From positions 1 to 42,300 of the IMG/VR virus record IMGVR_UViG_2778261297_000006: DNA of 42,300 nucleotides. The stretch is one strand, 5' to 3'. Both the position numbers and the translations under genes were made by a program. Of this stretch, positions 16,789-27,329 are shown in pieces. The DNA is from a virus (taxonomy: Duplodnaviria; Heunggongvirae; Uroviricota; Caudoviricetes). The notes beneath the pieces are model-generated. The model was not told where the DNA came from. It made no database searches and saw only the letters and a program-made list of their open reading frames with translations. Position 1 is the first letter of the stretch; the number at the start of each line of letters is the position of its first letter.

Positions 16789-17067
16789 ATGGAAGAGTCA
16801 CGGAAACAGTTTGAGCAGGAGATTAACAAAAAGTTTGGCGACCTTATCGACCAGCGTATCTGCAAAAATAGCGATGGCGATTATATGGCGTGGGATATGC
16901 AGGTAGCATGGTGGGCATGGCAGGCAAGCAGGCGGGCTATTGCGGTAAACCTCGGAAAGCCGATTTATGTGAAGCATAACGGTGACTATATCCATGCATG
17001 GCCAGCTTATAACGTTGATATAGCCATACGCGCCGCTGGTCTTACAGTAAAAGGGGACAGCAAGTGA
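16789..17067 (+). CDS. Hypothetical protein (92 aa from the ATG at 16789)
   Basis: GGAGG 5 nt upstream of the ATG. Confidence 0.5.
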   Translation: MEESRKQFEQEINKKFGDLIDQRICKNSDGDYMAWDMQVAWWAWQASRRAIAVNLGKPIYVKHNGDYIHAWPAYNVDIAIRAAGLTVKGDSK

Positions 17068-17339
17068 GCGAGTTGAAACCTTGTCCGTTTTGTGGGAGCT
17101 CTGTGAAATGGTGTGGTGAGCATGAGCATGACCCATCAGATAATCATCTTTGCGATCATATTCAATGCACAAATGAACATTGCAGGGCTGATTTTAGCTT
17201 TATCTATGGGAATGATCTTCTTCCAGATGACTGCGAAGATATGTCACCAGAAGAGATGATGGATATTTTTCGCAAAAAAGCAGTTGGTTTGTACAACCAA
17301 AGGTCCAGCCATGAAACAAACAATCTTCCTTCGAAGTAA
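17064..17339 (+). CDS. Lar-family restriction-alleviation-like protein (91 aa)
   Basis: N-terminal KPCPFCG zinc-finger signature typical of the Lar family (recall); Cys/His-rich; longer than typical Lar proteins. Confidence 0.45.
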   Translation: MSELKPCPFCGSSVKWCGEHEHDPSDNHLCDHIQCTNEHCRADFSFIYGNDLLPDDCEDMSPEEMMDIFRKKAVGLYNQRSSHETNNLPSK

Positions 17340-17664
17340 GCAGCAACAGCAGTCAGCAATAAACGCCATCCTCGCATCACCCCTCGACACCGACAAACCA
17401 GTAACCATCCGCATCTCCGACTACAAGCGCAACCTTGACCAGAACGCAAAATTTCACGCGATGCTGGCGGATATCGCACGTCAGGTTCAATGGTGCGATA
17501 AATGGTTAAAACCAGAACAATGGAAGGTTTTGTTGATCAGCGGTCATGCAGTGGCAACAAAGCAGGAAGCTGATGTTTTGCCCGGCCTTGAAGGCGAATA
17601 CGTCAACATTCGCGAAAGCAGCGCGCAGATGAGTGTGAAGCGTATGGCAAGTCTGATCGAGTAA
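17311..17664 (+). CDS. ninB: NinB (Orf family recombination protein), about 117 aa from the ATG at 17311
   Basis: Resemblance to lambda NinB by recall (LDQNAKFHAMLADIARQVQW); overlaps the end of the upstream gene. Confidence 0.75.
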   Translation: MKQTIFLRSKQQQQSAINAILASPLDTDKPVTIRISDYKRNLDQNAKFHAMLADIARQVQWCDKWLKPEQWKVLLISGHAVATKQEADVLPGLEGEYVNIRESSAQMSVKRMASLIE

Positions 17665-17955
17665 ATGGCTAATCTACGCAAAGAAGCACGTGGCAGAGAA
17701 TGCCAGGTACGTATTTACGGCATATGCAATGGCAATCCTGAAACTACAGTTCTGGCACATTACCGGATGGCTGGAATTTGCGGAACGGGAATGAAGCCGG
17801 ACGACCTGATCGGCGCATGGGCTTGTAGTGACTGCCACGCGGAGATCGACCGACGCACAAGGATTCTCGACAACAAAGACGCCAGACTTTACCACCTCGA
17901 AGGCGTGATCAGGACGCAGGCGATACTGCTGAAGGAGGGGAAGATTAAGCCATGA
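17665..17955 (+). CDS. YbcO-like DUF1364 protein (96 aa)
   Basis: 96-aa Cys/His-rich protein directly upstream of rusA, as ybcO is in the DLP12 prophage (recall). Confidence 0.55.
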   Translation: MANLRKEARGRECQVRIYGICNGNPETTVLAHYRMAGICGTGMKPDDLIGAWACSDCHAEIDRRTRILDNKDARLYHLEGVIRTQAILLKEGKIKP

Positions 17956-18314
17956 ACGAATATCAGTTTGTGCTTCCATACCCGCCGTCGGTGAACACCT
18001 ACTGGCGAAGACGGGGAAGCCAATACTACATCAGCGATAAAGGCCAGAAATACCGAAAAGACGTTCAGCAAATCATCCGCCAACTCAAGTTAGACATTTT
18101 CACCAAATCACGACTCCGCATCAAAGTCATCGCAGACGTTCCAGACTCCCGCCGCCGCGACCTCGATAACATCCTGAAAGGTTTACTCGACTCACTTATC
18201 CACGCCGGATTTGCGGAAGACGACGAGCAATTCGATGACATTCGCGTAATTCGTGGTGTGAAAGTACCAGGCGGACGGCTTGGAATAAAAATCACCGAAC
18301 TGGAGAACGTATGA
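17952..18314 (+). CDS. rusA: Holliday junction resolvase RusA (120 aa)
   Basis: Characteristic LPYPPSVN, RRRDLDN and GGRL motifs. Confidence 0.9.
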   Translation: MNEYQFVLPYPPSVNTYWRRRGSQYYISDKGQKYRKDVQQIIRQLKLDIFTKSRLRIKVIADVPDSRRRDLDNILKGLLDSLIHAGFAEDDEQFDDIRVIRGVKVPGGRLGIKITELENV

Positions 18315-18499
18315 ACGCCACAATTCAAACGATACCAGAGCTTCTTATCCAGACACGAGGCAATCAGACCGAAGTGGCGAGGATGCTTTCCTGCGCAAGA
18401 GGAACAGTGCTCAAGTACAACCGAGACAGCAAAGGCGAGCGTCACGTAATAGTTAACAGCGTCCTGATGGTCAAACAGGGCAAGAGGGGAAGACGATGA
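18311..18499 (+). CDS. ninH: NinH-like protein (62 aa)
   Basis: GNQTEVARML.C.RGTV.KY and VLMV blocks resemble lambda NinH (recall). Confidence 0.7.
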   Translation: MNATIQTIPELLIQTRGNQTEVARMLSCARGTVLKYNRDSKGERHVIVNSVLMVKQGKRGRR

Positions 18500-19119
18500 G
18501 ACTCGAAAGCGTAGCTAAATTTCATTCGCCAAAAAGCCCGATGATGAGCGACTCACCACGGGCCACGGCTTCTGACTCTCTTTCCGGTACTGATGTGATG
18601 GCTGCTATGGGGATGGCGCAATCACAAGCCGGATTCGGAATGGCTGCATTCTGCGGTAAGCATGAACTCAGCCAGAACGACAAACAAAAGGCTATCAACT
18701 ATCTGATGCAATATGCACACAAGGTATCGGGGAAATACCGTGGTGTGGCAAAGCTCGAAGGAAATACTAAGGCAAAGGTACTGCAAGTGCTCGCAACATT
18801 CGCTTATGCGGATTATTGCCGTAGTGCCGCGACGCCGGGTGCAAGATGCAGAGATTGCCACGGTACAGGTCGTGCGGTTGATATAGCAAAAACAGAGCAG
18901 TGGGGGAGAGTTGTTGAGAAAGAGTGCGGAAGATGCAAAGGAGTCGGCTATTCAAGAATGCCAGCAAGCGCTGCATATCGCGCTGTAACGATGCTAATCC
19001 CAAACCTTACTCAACCCACCTGGTCACGCACTGTTAAGCCGCTGTATGACGCTCTGGTGGTGCAATGCCACAAGGAAGAGTCAATCGCAGACAACATTTT
19101 GAATGCGGTCACACGTTAG
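18496..19119 (+). CDS. Q: Late antiterminator Q, lambda type (207 aa)
   Basis: 207 aa beginning MRLESVAKFHSPKSPMMSDS, with the Cys-rich zinc-finger region; followed by a lambda-like pR'/qut region. Confidence 0.9.
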   Translation: MRLESVAKFHSPKSPMMSDSPRATASDSLSGTDVMAAMGMAQSQAGFGMAAFCGKHELSQNDKQKAINYLMQYAHKVSGKYRGVAKLEGNTKAKVLQVLATFAYADYCRSAATPGARCRDCHGTGRAVDIAKTEQWGRVVEKECGRCKGVGYSRMPASAAYRAVTMLIPNLTQPTWSRTVKPLYDALVVQCHKEESIADNILNAVTR

Positions 19120-19161
19120 CAGCATGATTGCCACGGATGGCAACATATTAACGGCATGATA

Positions 19162-19190
19162 TTGACTTTTTGAATAAAGTTGGGTAAATT
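19162..19190 (+). promoter_or_regulatory. Late promoter pR' (-35 TTGACT, -10 TAAATT, 17-bp spacer) with overlapping qut region
   Basis: Hexamers at 19162..19167 and 19185..19190; lambda-like context immediately after Q. Confidence 0.6.
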
Positions 19191-19196
19191 TGACCA

Positions 19197-19389
19197 AACG
19201 ATGGGTTAATTCGCTCGTTGTGGTAGTGAGATAAAAAGAGGCGGCGCTTACTACCGATTCCGCCTAGTTGGTCACTTCGACGCATCGTCTGGAACTCCAA
19301 CCATCGCAGGCTGAGAGGTCTGTAAAATGCAATCCCGAAACAGTTCGCAGGTAATAGTTAGAGCCTGCATAACGGTTTCGGGATTTTTT
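19197..19389 (+). ncRNA. 6S-like short pR' transcript ending at tR'
   Basis: Interval from the predicted pR' start to the tR' hairpin, about 190 nt as in lambda; ends approximate. Confidence 0.5.
19332..19389 (+). terminator. tR' intrinsic terminator
   Basis: Arms atcccgaaac (19332..19341) and gtttcgggat (19375..19384) followed by a T-run to 19389. Confidence 0.6.
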
Positions 19390-19928
19390 ATGTCTGTGCA
19401 ACAGGTAAGAGCATTGAGCCGATAATCGTGAAGAGTCGGCGAGCCTGGTTAGCCAGTGCTCTTTCCGTTGTGGTGAATACGCAGGCTGATGCGTTAATCA
19501 GGTGAACGAGACACCCGCCGGTCCGTGATATGGCACACTGTGCCGGTCATATCTGCCGCGGTTAGGTTTACGAGGATTTCGTAAAGCTGGTCTAGGGTGA
19601 AGCCGTGAAAGCGGAGGAAGTAAAACGAGGCGTCGGTACACGCCTATCGTCATTAAGTCGGAGTTCAGCACCGACCGCCACAACCCAACCTGAGCCGTAG
19701 CCACTGGCTGTCCTGAATTCATCAGTGATAGTTATGCTGCGTCCTTCTACACATGACCTTCGTGAAAGCGGGTGGCAAGAGGTTGCGCTAACAACCTCCT
19801 GCCGTTTTGCCCGTGCATATCGTTCACGAACAAATCTGATTACTAAACACAGTAGCCTGGATTTGTTCTATCAGTAATCGACCTTATTCCTAATTAAATA
19901 GAGCAAATCCCCTTATTGGGGGTAAGAC

Positions 19929-20252
19929 ATGAAGATGCCAGAAAAACATGACCTGTTAGCCGCCATTCTCGCGGCAAAGGAACAAGGCATCGGGGCAATC
20001 CTTGCGTTTGCAATGGCGTACCTTCGCGGCAGATATAATGGCGGTGCGTTTACAAAAACAGTAATCGACGCAACGATGTGCGCCATTATCGCCTGGTTCA
20101 TTCGTGACCTTCTCGACTTCGCCGGACTAAGTAGCAATCTCGCTTATATAACGAGCGTGTTCATCGGCTACATCGGTACTGACTCGATTGGTTCGCTTAT
20201 CAAACGCTTCGCTGCTAGAAAAGCCGGAGTAGGAGATGGTGGAAATCAATAA
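19929..20252 (+). CDS. S: Holin S, lambda type (dual start Met1-Lys-Met3; 107 and 105 aa forms)
   Basis: [34 protein letters not shown]... with the dual-start motif. Confidence 0.95.
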   Translation: MKMPEKHDLLAAILAAKEQGIGAILAFAMAYLRGRYNGGAFTKTVIDATMCAIIAWFIRDLLDFAGLSSNLAYITSVFIGYIGTDSIGSLIKRFAARKAGVGDGGNQ

Positions 20253-20712
20253 TCAACGTAAGGCGTTCCTCGATATGCTGGCGTGGTCAGAGGGAACTGA
20301 TAACGGACGTCAAAAAACCAGAAATCATGGTTATGACGTCATTGTTGGCGGAGAGCTATTCACTGATTACTCCGATCACCCTCGCAAACTTGTCACGCTA
20401 AACCCCAAACTCAAATCAACAGCCGCCGGACGTTACCAGCTTCTTTCCCGTTGGTGGGATGCCTATCGTAAGCAGCTTGGCCTGAAAGACTTCTCTCCGA
20501 AAAGTCAGGACGCTGTGGCACTGCAACAGATTAAAGAGCGTGGCGCTTTACCGATGATTGATCGCGGTGATATTCGTCAGGCTATCGACCGTTGCAGCAA
20601 TATCTGGGCTTCACTGCCGGGCGCTGGTTATGGCCAGTTCGAGCATAAGGCTGACAGCCTGATTGCAAAATTCAAAGAGGCTGGCGGAACGGTCAGAGAG
20701 ATTGAGGTATGA
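20236..20712 (+). CDS. R: Endolysin R (lytic transglycosylase, 158 aa)
   Basis: [24 protein letters not shown]... matches the lambda R family; overlaps the S stop. Confidence 0.95.
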   Translation: MVEINNQRKAFLDMLAWSEGTDNGRQKTRNHGYDVIVGGELFTDYSDHPRKLVTLNPKLKSTAAGRYQLLSRWWDAYRKQLGLKDFSPKSQDAVALQQIKERGALPMIDRGDIRQAIDRCSNIWASLPGAGYGQFEHKADSLIAKFKEAGGTVREIEV

Positions 20713-21146
20713 GCAGAGTCACCGCGATTATCTCCGCTCTGGTTATCTGCATCATCGTCTGCCTGTCATGGGCTGTTAATCATTACCGTGATAACGCCAT
20801 TACCTATAAAGAACAGCGCGATAAAGCCACGTACATCATCGCTGACATGCAGAAGCGTCAACGTGATGTAGCAGAACTCGACGCCAGATACACAAAGGAG
20901 CTTGCTGATGCTAACGCGACTATCGAAAGTCTCCGTGCTGATGTTTCTGCTGGTCGTAAGCGCCTGCAAGTCGCCGCCACCTGTGCAAAGTCAACGACCG
21001 GAGCCAGCAGCATGGGCGATGGAGAAAGCCCAAGACTTACAGCAGATGCTGAACTCAATTATTACCGTCTACGAAGCGGAATCGACAGGATAACCGCGCA
21101 GGTTAACTACTTGCAGGAATACATCAGGACGCAATGCCTTCGATGA
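20709..21146 (+). CDS. Rz: i-spanin Rz (145 aa)
   Basis: N-terminal TM helix then coiled-coil; follows R with an overlapping start. Confidence 0.9.
   Translation: MSRVTAIISALVICIIVCLSWAVNHYRDNAITYKEQRDKATYIIADMQKRQRDVAELDARYTKELADANATIESLRADVSAGRKRLQVAATCAKSTTGASSMGDGESPRLTADAELNYYRLRSGIDRITAQVNYLQEYIRTQCLR
20902..21093 (+). CDS. Rz1: o-spanin Rz1 lipoprotein, embedded in the +1 frame of Rz
   Basis: Out-of-frame ORF entirely inside Rz, with lipobox VSAC and a Pro-rich mature region. Confidence 0.7.
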   Translation: MLMLTRLSKVSVLMFLLVVSACKSPPPVQSQRPEPAAWAMEKAQDLQQMLNSIITVYEAESTG

Positions 21147-21319
21147 TAGCGATAATTTTACTCATCATCCTTCACATCTGGCTCTGTAGACAGGGTGGTG
21201 ATCACTTCTGGAGTGAATCCAGATTAAACATCTCATTGCTGATGCTTGATATTGAGCATCTGGCGCGCGGTAAGGGGCTGCGTTGAGATAAGAGCCAGTC
21301 ATTACAAATACCAGGGTTT

Positions 21320-21345
21320 AGCCTCGCATTCGCGGGGCTTTTTTA
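21320..21345 (+). terminator. Intrinsic terminator downstream of the lysis cassette
   Basis: Stem agcctcgc/gcggggct (one G-U pair) with a 4-nt loop, followed by TTTTTT. Confidence 0.55.
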
Positions 21346-21491
21346 TATCTGCAACAAACGCGCTTCACACGCGCGACTTCTGAACACAGAACCTTTCAGG
21401 ATGACCCTTGAGGATGCCGGTTTGGTGATCGGTGCCTTTCTGTGGGCCGGAATCCTGTGTGACAAGGTTCATCACTAAAAGGTAATCACTG

Positions 21492-22022
21492 ATGAAGTAC
21501 CCAACAGTTATTGTCAATGGTGTGTCCGTTCGTGTTGATGAGGATGGACGCTACAACTTAAACGATCTCCATGCAGCAGCAGTTGCAAATGGAGAGGCTA
21601 CAGAGCAACAGCGCCCAAGCCAGTTTTTGCGTAGCGCGCAGATAAAACGCTTCATAAAAGCACTGGAGGCCAAAGTGCAAAAAAGCACTTTGGAACAAAT
21701 TCAACCACTTAAAATAATCAAAGGTGGTGCAGAACCAGGTGTGTGGGGTGTTGAACTTCTGGCAATCAGATATGCAGCATGGATTAAGCCGGAATTTGAA
21801 ATCGAAGTTTATGAAGTTTTCAAAACGGTTGTCCGTCTCGGCGTTGGCGCAATGTCCCGTCTGAATAGAATCGATCACATCATCAATACTGAAACCAAAG
21901 CGATAAGCCAGTGCGCAAGCCAAATGGCTAAGTGGGGCGTTGGTGGGCGAAAAAGATTGCTTCATGTTGCACGCGAGAGAGCGGCAAATGAAGTGCAAAT
22001 GTATTTGCCCGGGATGGTGTGA
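21492..22022 (+). CDS. KilA-N domain protein (176 aa)
   Basis: N-terminal pattern (VNGVSVRVDEDGRYNLNDLH) typical of KilA-N domains (recall); lies between the lysis cassette and the packaging genes. Confidence 0.65.
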   Translation: MKYPTVIVNGVSVRVDEDGRYNLNDLHAAAVANGEATEQQRPSQFLRSAQIKRFIKALEAKVQKSTLEQIQPLKIIKGGAEPGVWGVELLAIRYAAWIKPEFEIEVYEVFKTVVRLGVGAMSRLNRIDHIINTETKAISQCASQMAKWGVGGRKRLLHVARERAANEVQMYLPGMV

Positions 22023-22278
22023 TTTCGCAGGTTAATCCAGTTTTTGCATTACGGCAGCACCGCGAAACAACCCAAGCCAGAAAGTGGGGAAATAACACTG
22101 GCAGCCACTGAAAGATGAACCTCCAGCCTTATGGCAAAAAAGATTCTTTGTGGTGGCGGACTGATGGAAAGACATCGGTTATTGCAGAGGCCATTCAATG
22201 AGTGGTCTCGACAATGGCTTATACCCTATACGGGATAACTTAATTGATATCCCTTTTAACGGATAAACGGAGCCAACA

Positions 22279-22521
22279 ATGGCAGAGATTATTCCCATGA
22301 CTGAAGAACAGAAATTCCAGTTAGAGATTTACAAACTGGTCATGAACCAGAACGCAGCAGCAGAAGAAGCATTTCAGTTCATTGGCACTGACGAACTGAA
22401 GCTTGAGCTATTCAAAATTCACTTCCAGTCAGGCGGCGCTAATTCAGATATCACGACCCGTACTATCGAAGCGGTGCGTAAATCGAAGGAAGCGTTAGAC
22501 CTGTTCACCGCTGGAGTGTGA
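22279..22521 (+). CDS. Hypothetical helical protein (80 aa)
   Basis: ORF immediately upstream of zincin-like gene A, 1 nt apart. Confidence 0.5.
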   Translation: MAEIIPMTEEQKFQLEIYKLVMNQNAAAEEAFQFIGTDELKLELFKIHFQSGGANSDITTRTIEAVRKSKEALDLFTAGV

Positions 22522-22522
22522 T

Positions 22523-22912
22523 ATGGCTAAGGCCAAATGGCACAAACTCCCGGCGTTCACCATTCCGCTGTTTCAAAGTGCACACGTCTACCTCGCAACA
22601 ACCAGAGAACAGTTTCAGCACGCTGATAAATTCCTTGGCGGCAGCGGGGATGAGAAGCCATTCAATCTTGGGCTTGCAAGCAACTATGAAAACACTGATA
22701 CGGGTGAGAGATGCTATCTGATTGGAGTATTCGATCAGCAGATCGCTACGCTCGTTCATGAGTGCGCCCACGTCTGCTTTTACGTTTGCTCTGATGTCGG
22801 CGTGACGACAAGGCCTGAAGATGCCAACGAGACGTACTGTTACATGCTGGACAGGATGGTTAATCACTTCCTGCCATTCATTCAGGAGAAACAAGATGTA
22901 TCACTGGAATAA
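22523..22912 (+). CDS. Minimal zincin-like protein A (HExxH...E, 129 aa); paralog of 37813..38178
   Basis: HECAH motif with a Glu about 20 residues downstream in ANETYCY; roughly 45% identity by eye to the second copy. Confidence 0.6.
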   Translation: MAKAKWHKLPAFTIPLFQSAHVYLATTREQFQHADKFLGGSGDEKPFNLGLASNYENTDTGERCYLIGVFDQQIATLVHECAHVCFYVCSDVGVTTRPEDANETYCYMLDRMVNHFLPFIQEKQDVSLE

Positions 22913-23090
22913 TCAATCCCCTTATTGCCAATGCCAACGCTGCCCGTGCTGCGGGAAGATTGTTAACCAATTTACTGGCAACAATTTCTTCAAGACTGGT
23001 TATGGATATGGTGTTGCGGGTAGCGTTAATTGCTCTGGGGCTGCTGCTGAAACGACATCAAACACAGGCAAGCAGGAAGGAGCTAAGTAA
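22896..23090 (+). CDS. Small Cys-rich protein (64 aa), possible zinc ribbon; overlaps the end of zincin-like gene A
   Basis: Hand-translated from the ATG at 22896 (in frame with the track ORF 22821..23090): MYHWNNQSPYCQCQRCPCCGK...; coding status uncertain. Confidence 0.3.
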   Translation: MYHWNNQSPYCQCQRCPCCGKIVNQFTGNNFFKTGYGYGVAGSVNCSGAAAETTSNTGKQEGAK

Positions 23091-23184
23091 TGGTAATCAA
23101 AGTTTGTTCATGCTCTCAGGGCTTCGACAACCCATCCAAATTCCGCGAAGAGTGGGATAAGCAAACAGAAGGGAAATAATCAAT

Positions 23185-23673
23185 ATGGCAGCACCAAAGG
23201 GCAACCGATTTTGGGAGGCCCGCAGCAGTCACGGGCGCAACCCGAAATTCGAATCGCCTGAGGTGCTGTGGGAAGCATGCTGCGAATATTTCACATGGGT
23301 GGAAGAGCATCCACTGTGGGAAATGAAAGCATTCTCGTATCAGGGTGAAGTGACGCAAGAGCCTATCGCCAAGATGCGTGCAATGACGCTCACCGGCCTA
23401 TGCCTGTTCCTCGATATAGCCGATGAAACATGGCGAAGATTTCGCGCTGACGAAGATTTTTGTGGGGTCACCACGCGAGCAGAGAAAGTCATCTACGACC
23501 AGAAATTCTCCGGCGCAGCTGCTGACCTTCTCAACGCTAATATCATCGCCCGTGATTTGGGCCTCAAAGAGCAGTCGCAAGTTGAAGACGTGACACCTGA
23601 TAAGGGAGATCGCGATAAGCGACGCTCTCGTATCAAGGAGCTATTCAACCGTGGAACTGGACGCGATTCTTGA
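23185..23673 (+). CDS. Terminase small subunit, P22 gp3 type (162 aa)
   Basis: [26 protein letters not shown]... and matching length. Confidence 0.85.
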   Translation: MAAPKGNRFWEARSSHGRNPKFESPEVLWEACCEYFTWVEEHPLWEMKAFSYQGEVTQEPIAKMRAMTLTGLCLFLDIADETWRRFRADEDFCGVTTRAEKVIYDQKFSGAAADLLNANIIARDLGLKEQSQVEDVTPDKGDRDKRRSRIKELFNRGTGRDS

Positions 23674-25150
23674 TAACCTGAGCGACGAAGAGCAAATCGA
23701 ATTGCTCGAGCTACTCGAAGAAGAAGAGAACTACCGGAACACACACCTGCTATATGAATTTACGCCATACAGCAAACAGCGTGAGTTCATCGACGCCGGA
23801 CATGACTATCCAGAGCGATGTTTTATGGCTGGTAACCAGCTTGGTAAGTCATTTACTGGTGCTGCTGAAGTCGCGTTTCACCTTACCGGGCGTTATCCTG
23901 GCACAAAAGGCTATCCTGCTGATGGTAAATATGGTGGGGAGTGGAAAGGTAAGCGTTTCTATGAGCCTGTTGTCTTCTGGATTGGCGGCGAGACAAACGA
24001 GACTGTAACCAAAACGACTCAACGCATCCTGTGCGGTCGTATCGAAGAGAATGATGAGCCAGGCTACGGTTCCATACCTAAAGAAGACATCATTAGCTGG
24101 AAGAAGTCTCCTTTCTTTCCGAACCTTGTTGATCATCTTCTGGTTAAGCATCACACAGCTGATGGCGTTGAAGATGGCATTTCAATCTGCTACTTCAAAC
24201 CATACTCGCAAGGCCGTGCTCGCTGGCAGGGTGACACAATCCACGGCGTGTGGTTTGACGAAGAGCCACCATACAGCATTTATGGCGAAGGGCTTACCCG
24301 TACCAACAAATACGGGCAATTCTCAATTCTGACGTTTACCCCGCTGATGGGGATGTCTGACGTTGTTACCAAGTTCCTGAAGAATCCCAGCAAGTCGCAG
24401 AAAGTGGTCAACATGACCATCTATGACGCTGAGCACTACACAGACGAACAGAAAGAGCAAATCATCGCATCCTATCCCGAGCATGAGAGAGAGGCGCGTG
24501 CTCGCGGTATTCCTACGATGGGTAGCGGGCGAATCTTCCAGATACCGGAAGAGACGATTAAGTGTCAGCCGTTCGAGTGTCCTGATCACTTCTACGTAAT
24601 TGGCGGGATGGATTTCGGATGGGATCACCCGCAGGCGCAGGTTCAGCTTTGGTGGGATAAGGATGCAGACACAATCTACGTTTCACGCGTGTGGAAGGCG
24701 AAAGAAAAGACAGCCGTTCAGGCGTGGGGAGCCGTTAAACCATGGGCGCATAAAGTGCCAACCGCATGGCCCCATGACGGAAACCAGCACGAGAAGGGCG
24801 GCGGTGAGCAGCTCAAAGGGCAGTATGCGGACGCTGGATTTATGATGTTGCAGGAGCATGCGACATGGCCTGATGGCGGTAATGCTGTTGAGCCTGGAAT
24901 CACTGAATTGCGCGACATGATGCTAGATGGTCGCTTCAAGGTATTCAACACCTGTGAACCATTCTTTGAGGAGTTCCGCCTCTATCACCGTGATGAAAAC
25001 GGGAAAATCGTCAAGCTTAACGACGACGTGCTATCAGCCGTTCGCTATGCATACATGATGCGCCGCTTCGCCAAAATGATGCGCGACATCAAAAAACCAA
25101 AAGAGAAAAAGATACCAGCCCCAATCAGGCCCATCGCACGGAGAACTTAA
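23651..25150 (+). CDS. Terminase large subunit, P22 gp2 type (499 aa)
   Basis: Size and position match P22 gp2; GTG start overlapping the small-subunit gene. Confidence 0.9.
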   Translation: MELDAILDNLSDEEQIELLELLEEEENYRNTHLLYEFTPYSKQREFIDAGHDYPERCFMAGNQLGKSFTGAAEVAFHLTGRYPGTKGYPADGKYGGEWKGKRFYEPVVFWIGGETNETVTKTTQRILCGRIEENDEPGYGSIPKEDIISWKKSPFFPNLVDHLLVKHHTADGVEDGISICYFKPYSQGRARWQGDTIHGVWFDEEPPYSIYGEGLTRTNKYGQFSILTFTPLMGMSDVVTKFLKNPSKSQKVVNMTIYDAEHYTDEQKEQIIASYPEHEREARARGIPTMGSGRIFQIPEETIKCQPFECPDHFYVIGGMDFGWDHPQAQVQLWWDKDADTIYVSRVWKAKEKTAVQAWGAVKPWAHKVPTAWPHDGNQHEKGGGEQLKGQYADAGFMMLQEHATWPDGGNAVEPGITELRDMMLDGRFKVFNTCEPFFEEFRLYHRDENGKIVKLNDDVLSAVRYAYMMRRFAKMMRDIKKPKEKKIPAPIRPIARRT

Positions 25151-27316
25151 ATGGCCGACGAAAACAGACTCAATTCCATTCTGTGTAAGTTTGACGCAGA
25201 CTGGATGGCGAGCGATGAAGCCAGAACCGAGGCGACAAATGACCTGTATTTTAGCCGAGTGTCGCAATGGGATGACTGGCTATCAAACTACACCACCCTG
25301 CAATATCGCGGACAATTCGATGTTGTCCGCCCGGTGGTCAGGAAGCTGGTCGCAGAGATGCGCCGGAACCCTATCGACGTTCTCTTCCGACCAAAAGACG
25401 GTGCTAATCCTGATGCAGCCGATGTGTTGATGGGGATGTATCGTACTGATATGCGCCATAACACGGCAAAAATTGCCGTTAACGTTGGCGTTCGTGAGCA
25501 GATAGAGTCCGGCGTTGGTGCATGGCGTCTGGTCACGCAGTACGAAGACAACGATCCAACAAGCAACAATCAGGTAATTCGACGCCTGCCAATTCATGAA
25601 GCCTGCTCACACGTCATATGGGACGCCAACAGCAAGCAGATGGATAAGAGCGACGCTAAGCACTGCACGGTGATTAACGCCTTGTCGCGCAATGGCTGGA
25701 AAGAGTTCGCAGAGGATTACGGTATTGATCCGGACACCTTGCCATCTTTCCAGAATCCGAACGATACATGGCTGTTTCCGTGGGTATCGAATGATGTCGT
25801 CTACGTCGCTGAGTATTACGAGGTCGAAGAGAAGAAAGAGAAAGTCTTCATCTACCGCGACCCGCTGACAGGTGAGCCGGTCAGCTATTACCAGCAGGAT
25901 ATCAAAGACGTCATCGACGACCTGGCTAATCGTGGATTCATTAAGGTAGCAGAGCGCAAGGTGAAGCGTCGGCGTGTGTATAAGTCGATCATCACCTGCA
26001 CGCAGATACTGAAAGACCGCGAGAAGATAGCCGGAGAGCATATTCCAATCGTTCCAGTGTATGGCGAATGGTCATTCGCTGGTGACAAGGAGTGCTACGA
26101 AGGAGTGGTAAGGCTGACGAAAGACGGTCAACGCCTTCGTAACATGATCATGTCGTTCAACGCCGATATTGTTGCTCGTTCACCGAAGAAGAAACCGACC
26201 TTCTTCCCTGAGCAAATCGAAGGCTACGAATACATGTACGGTGGAAATGATGACTATCCGTACTATCTGCAGAACAGGACCGATGAAAACGGTAACGACC
26301 TGCCGATTGGTCCAATCTCCTACATGGAAAACCCTGAAGTGCCGCAAGCCAACGCTTACATGCTTGAGGCTGCCACCAACGCAGTGAAAGAGGTGGCTAG
26401 TCTTGGTGTGGATGCGCAGGCAGCAAACTCTCAGGTCGCTTTCGATACCGTCAATCAACTGAACATGCGGGCAGACCTTGAGACATACGTGTTTCAGGAT
26501 AACCTGGCTACCGCAATGCGACGTGATGGCGAGATTTATGCCTCAATGGTCAACGATATTTATGACGTTCCTCGCCATGTAACGCTGACACTTGAAGATG
26601 GTAGCGAGAAAGACGTTCAACTCTACGCGCAAGTTGTCGATTACCAGTCCGGCAATGTGGTCACACTCAACGACATTCGCGGTCGCTATGAGTGCTATAC
26701 AGACGTTGGGCCATCCTTCCAGAGCATGAAGGAACAGAATCGCGCAGAGATTCAGGAGTTGCTAACCAAGGTTCCGCAAGGTACTCCAGAGTTCCAGATG
26801 CTGATGCTGCAATACTTCACGTTGCTTGACGGTAAAGGCGTCGAGATGATGCGAGAGTACGCGAACAAGCAACTGGTGATGATGGGGCTGAAGAAACCAG
26901 AAACACCTGAAGAGATGGAGATGGTGCAGCAGGCACAACAACAGCCGCAGCAGCCATCAGCAGAGCAAATTCAGGCGCAAGGTATCCTTCTGCAAGGTCA
27001 GGCTGAATTGCTCAAGGCAGAGAACCAACAGGCGCAGATTCAGGTTGAAGCCGCCAAGGTTGAAGCCCAAAACCAACTCAACGCCGCGAAGATTGCAGAA
27101 ATCTTCAACAATATGGACCTCGACAAGCAGGCAGAACTGCGTGAGTACCTCAAGCTCGTAGGTCAATTACAGCAACAGCGCAGCAAAGATGCTCGTGCTA
27201 ACGCTGAGCTGCTTCTTAAAGATGCAGACCAGACTCATTCACAACGCATGGATTTCGCGAATCTTATGCGTCAAGTTCAAATCCCCTCCGGCGGAGTAGC
27301 CGAGACACCTCAATAA
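25151..27316 (+). CDS. Portal protein, P22 gp1 type (721 aa)
   Basis: Size and position; Gln-rich C-terminal helical region. Confidence 0.9.
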   Translation: MADENRLNSILCKFDADWMASDEARTEATNDLYFSRVSQWDDWLSNYTTLQYRGQFDVVRPVVRKLVAEMRRNPIDVLFRPKDGANPDAADVLMGMYRTDMRHNTAKIAVNVGVREQIESGVGAWRLVTQYEDNDPTSNNQVIRRLPIHEACSHVIWDANSKQMDKSDAKHCTVINALSRNGWKEFAEDYGIDPDTLPSFQNPNDTWLFPWVSNDVVYVAEYYEVEEKKEKVFIYRDPLTGEPVSYYQQDIKDVIDDLANRGFIKVAERKVKRRRVYKSIITCTQILKDREKIAGEHIPIVPVYGEWSFAGDKECYEGVVRLTKDGQRLRNMIMSFNADIVARSPKKKPTFFPEQIEGYEYMYGGNDDYPYYLQNRTDENGNDLPIGPISYMENPEVPQANAYMLEAATNAVKEVASLGVDAQAANSQVAFDTVNQLNMRADLETYVFQDNLATAMRRDGEIYASMVNDIYDVPRHVTLTLEDGSEKDVQLYAQVVDYQSGNVVTLNDIRGRYECYTDVGPSFQSMKEQNRAEIQELLTKVPQGTPEFQMLMLQYFTLLDGKGVEMMREYANKQLVMMGLKKPETPEEMEMVQQAQQQPQQPSAEQIQAQGILLQGQAELLKAENQQAQIQVEAAKVEAQNQLNAAKIAEIFNNMDLDKQAELREYLKLVGQLQQQRSKDARANAELLLKDADQTHSQRMDFANLMRQVQIPSGGVAETPQ

Positions 27317-27329
27317 GAGAGAGTTAATC

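Noticed and set aside
19498-20137. Two 74-aa minus-strand ORFs between tR' and the lysis genes
   Set aside because: The region is the lambda-like non-coding interval and holin gene; the ORFs are antisense to the S gene or its leader and lack start signals.
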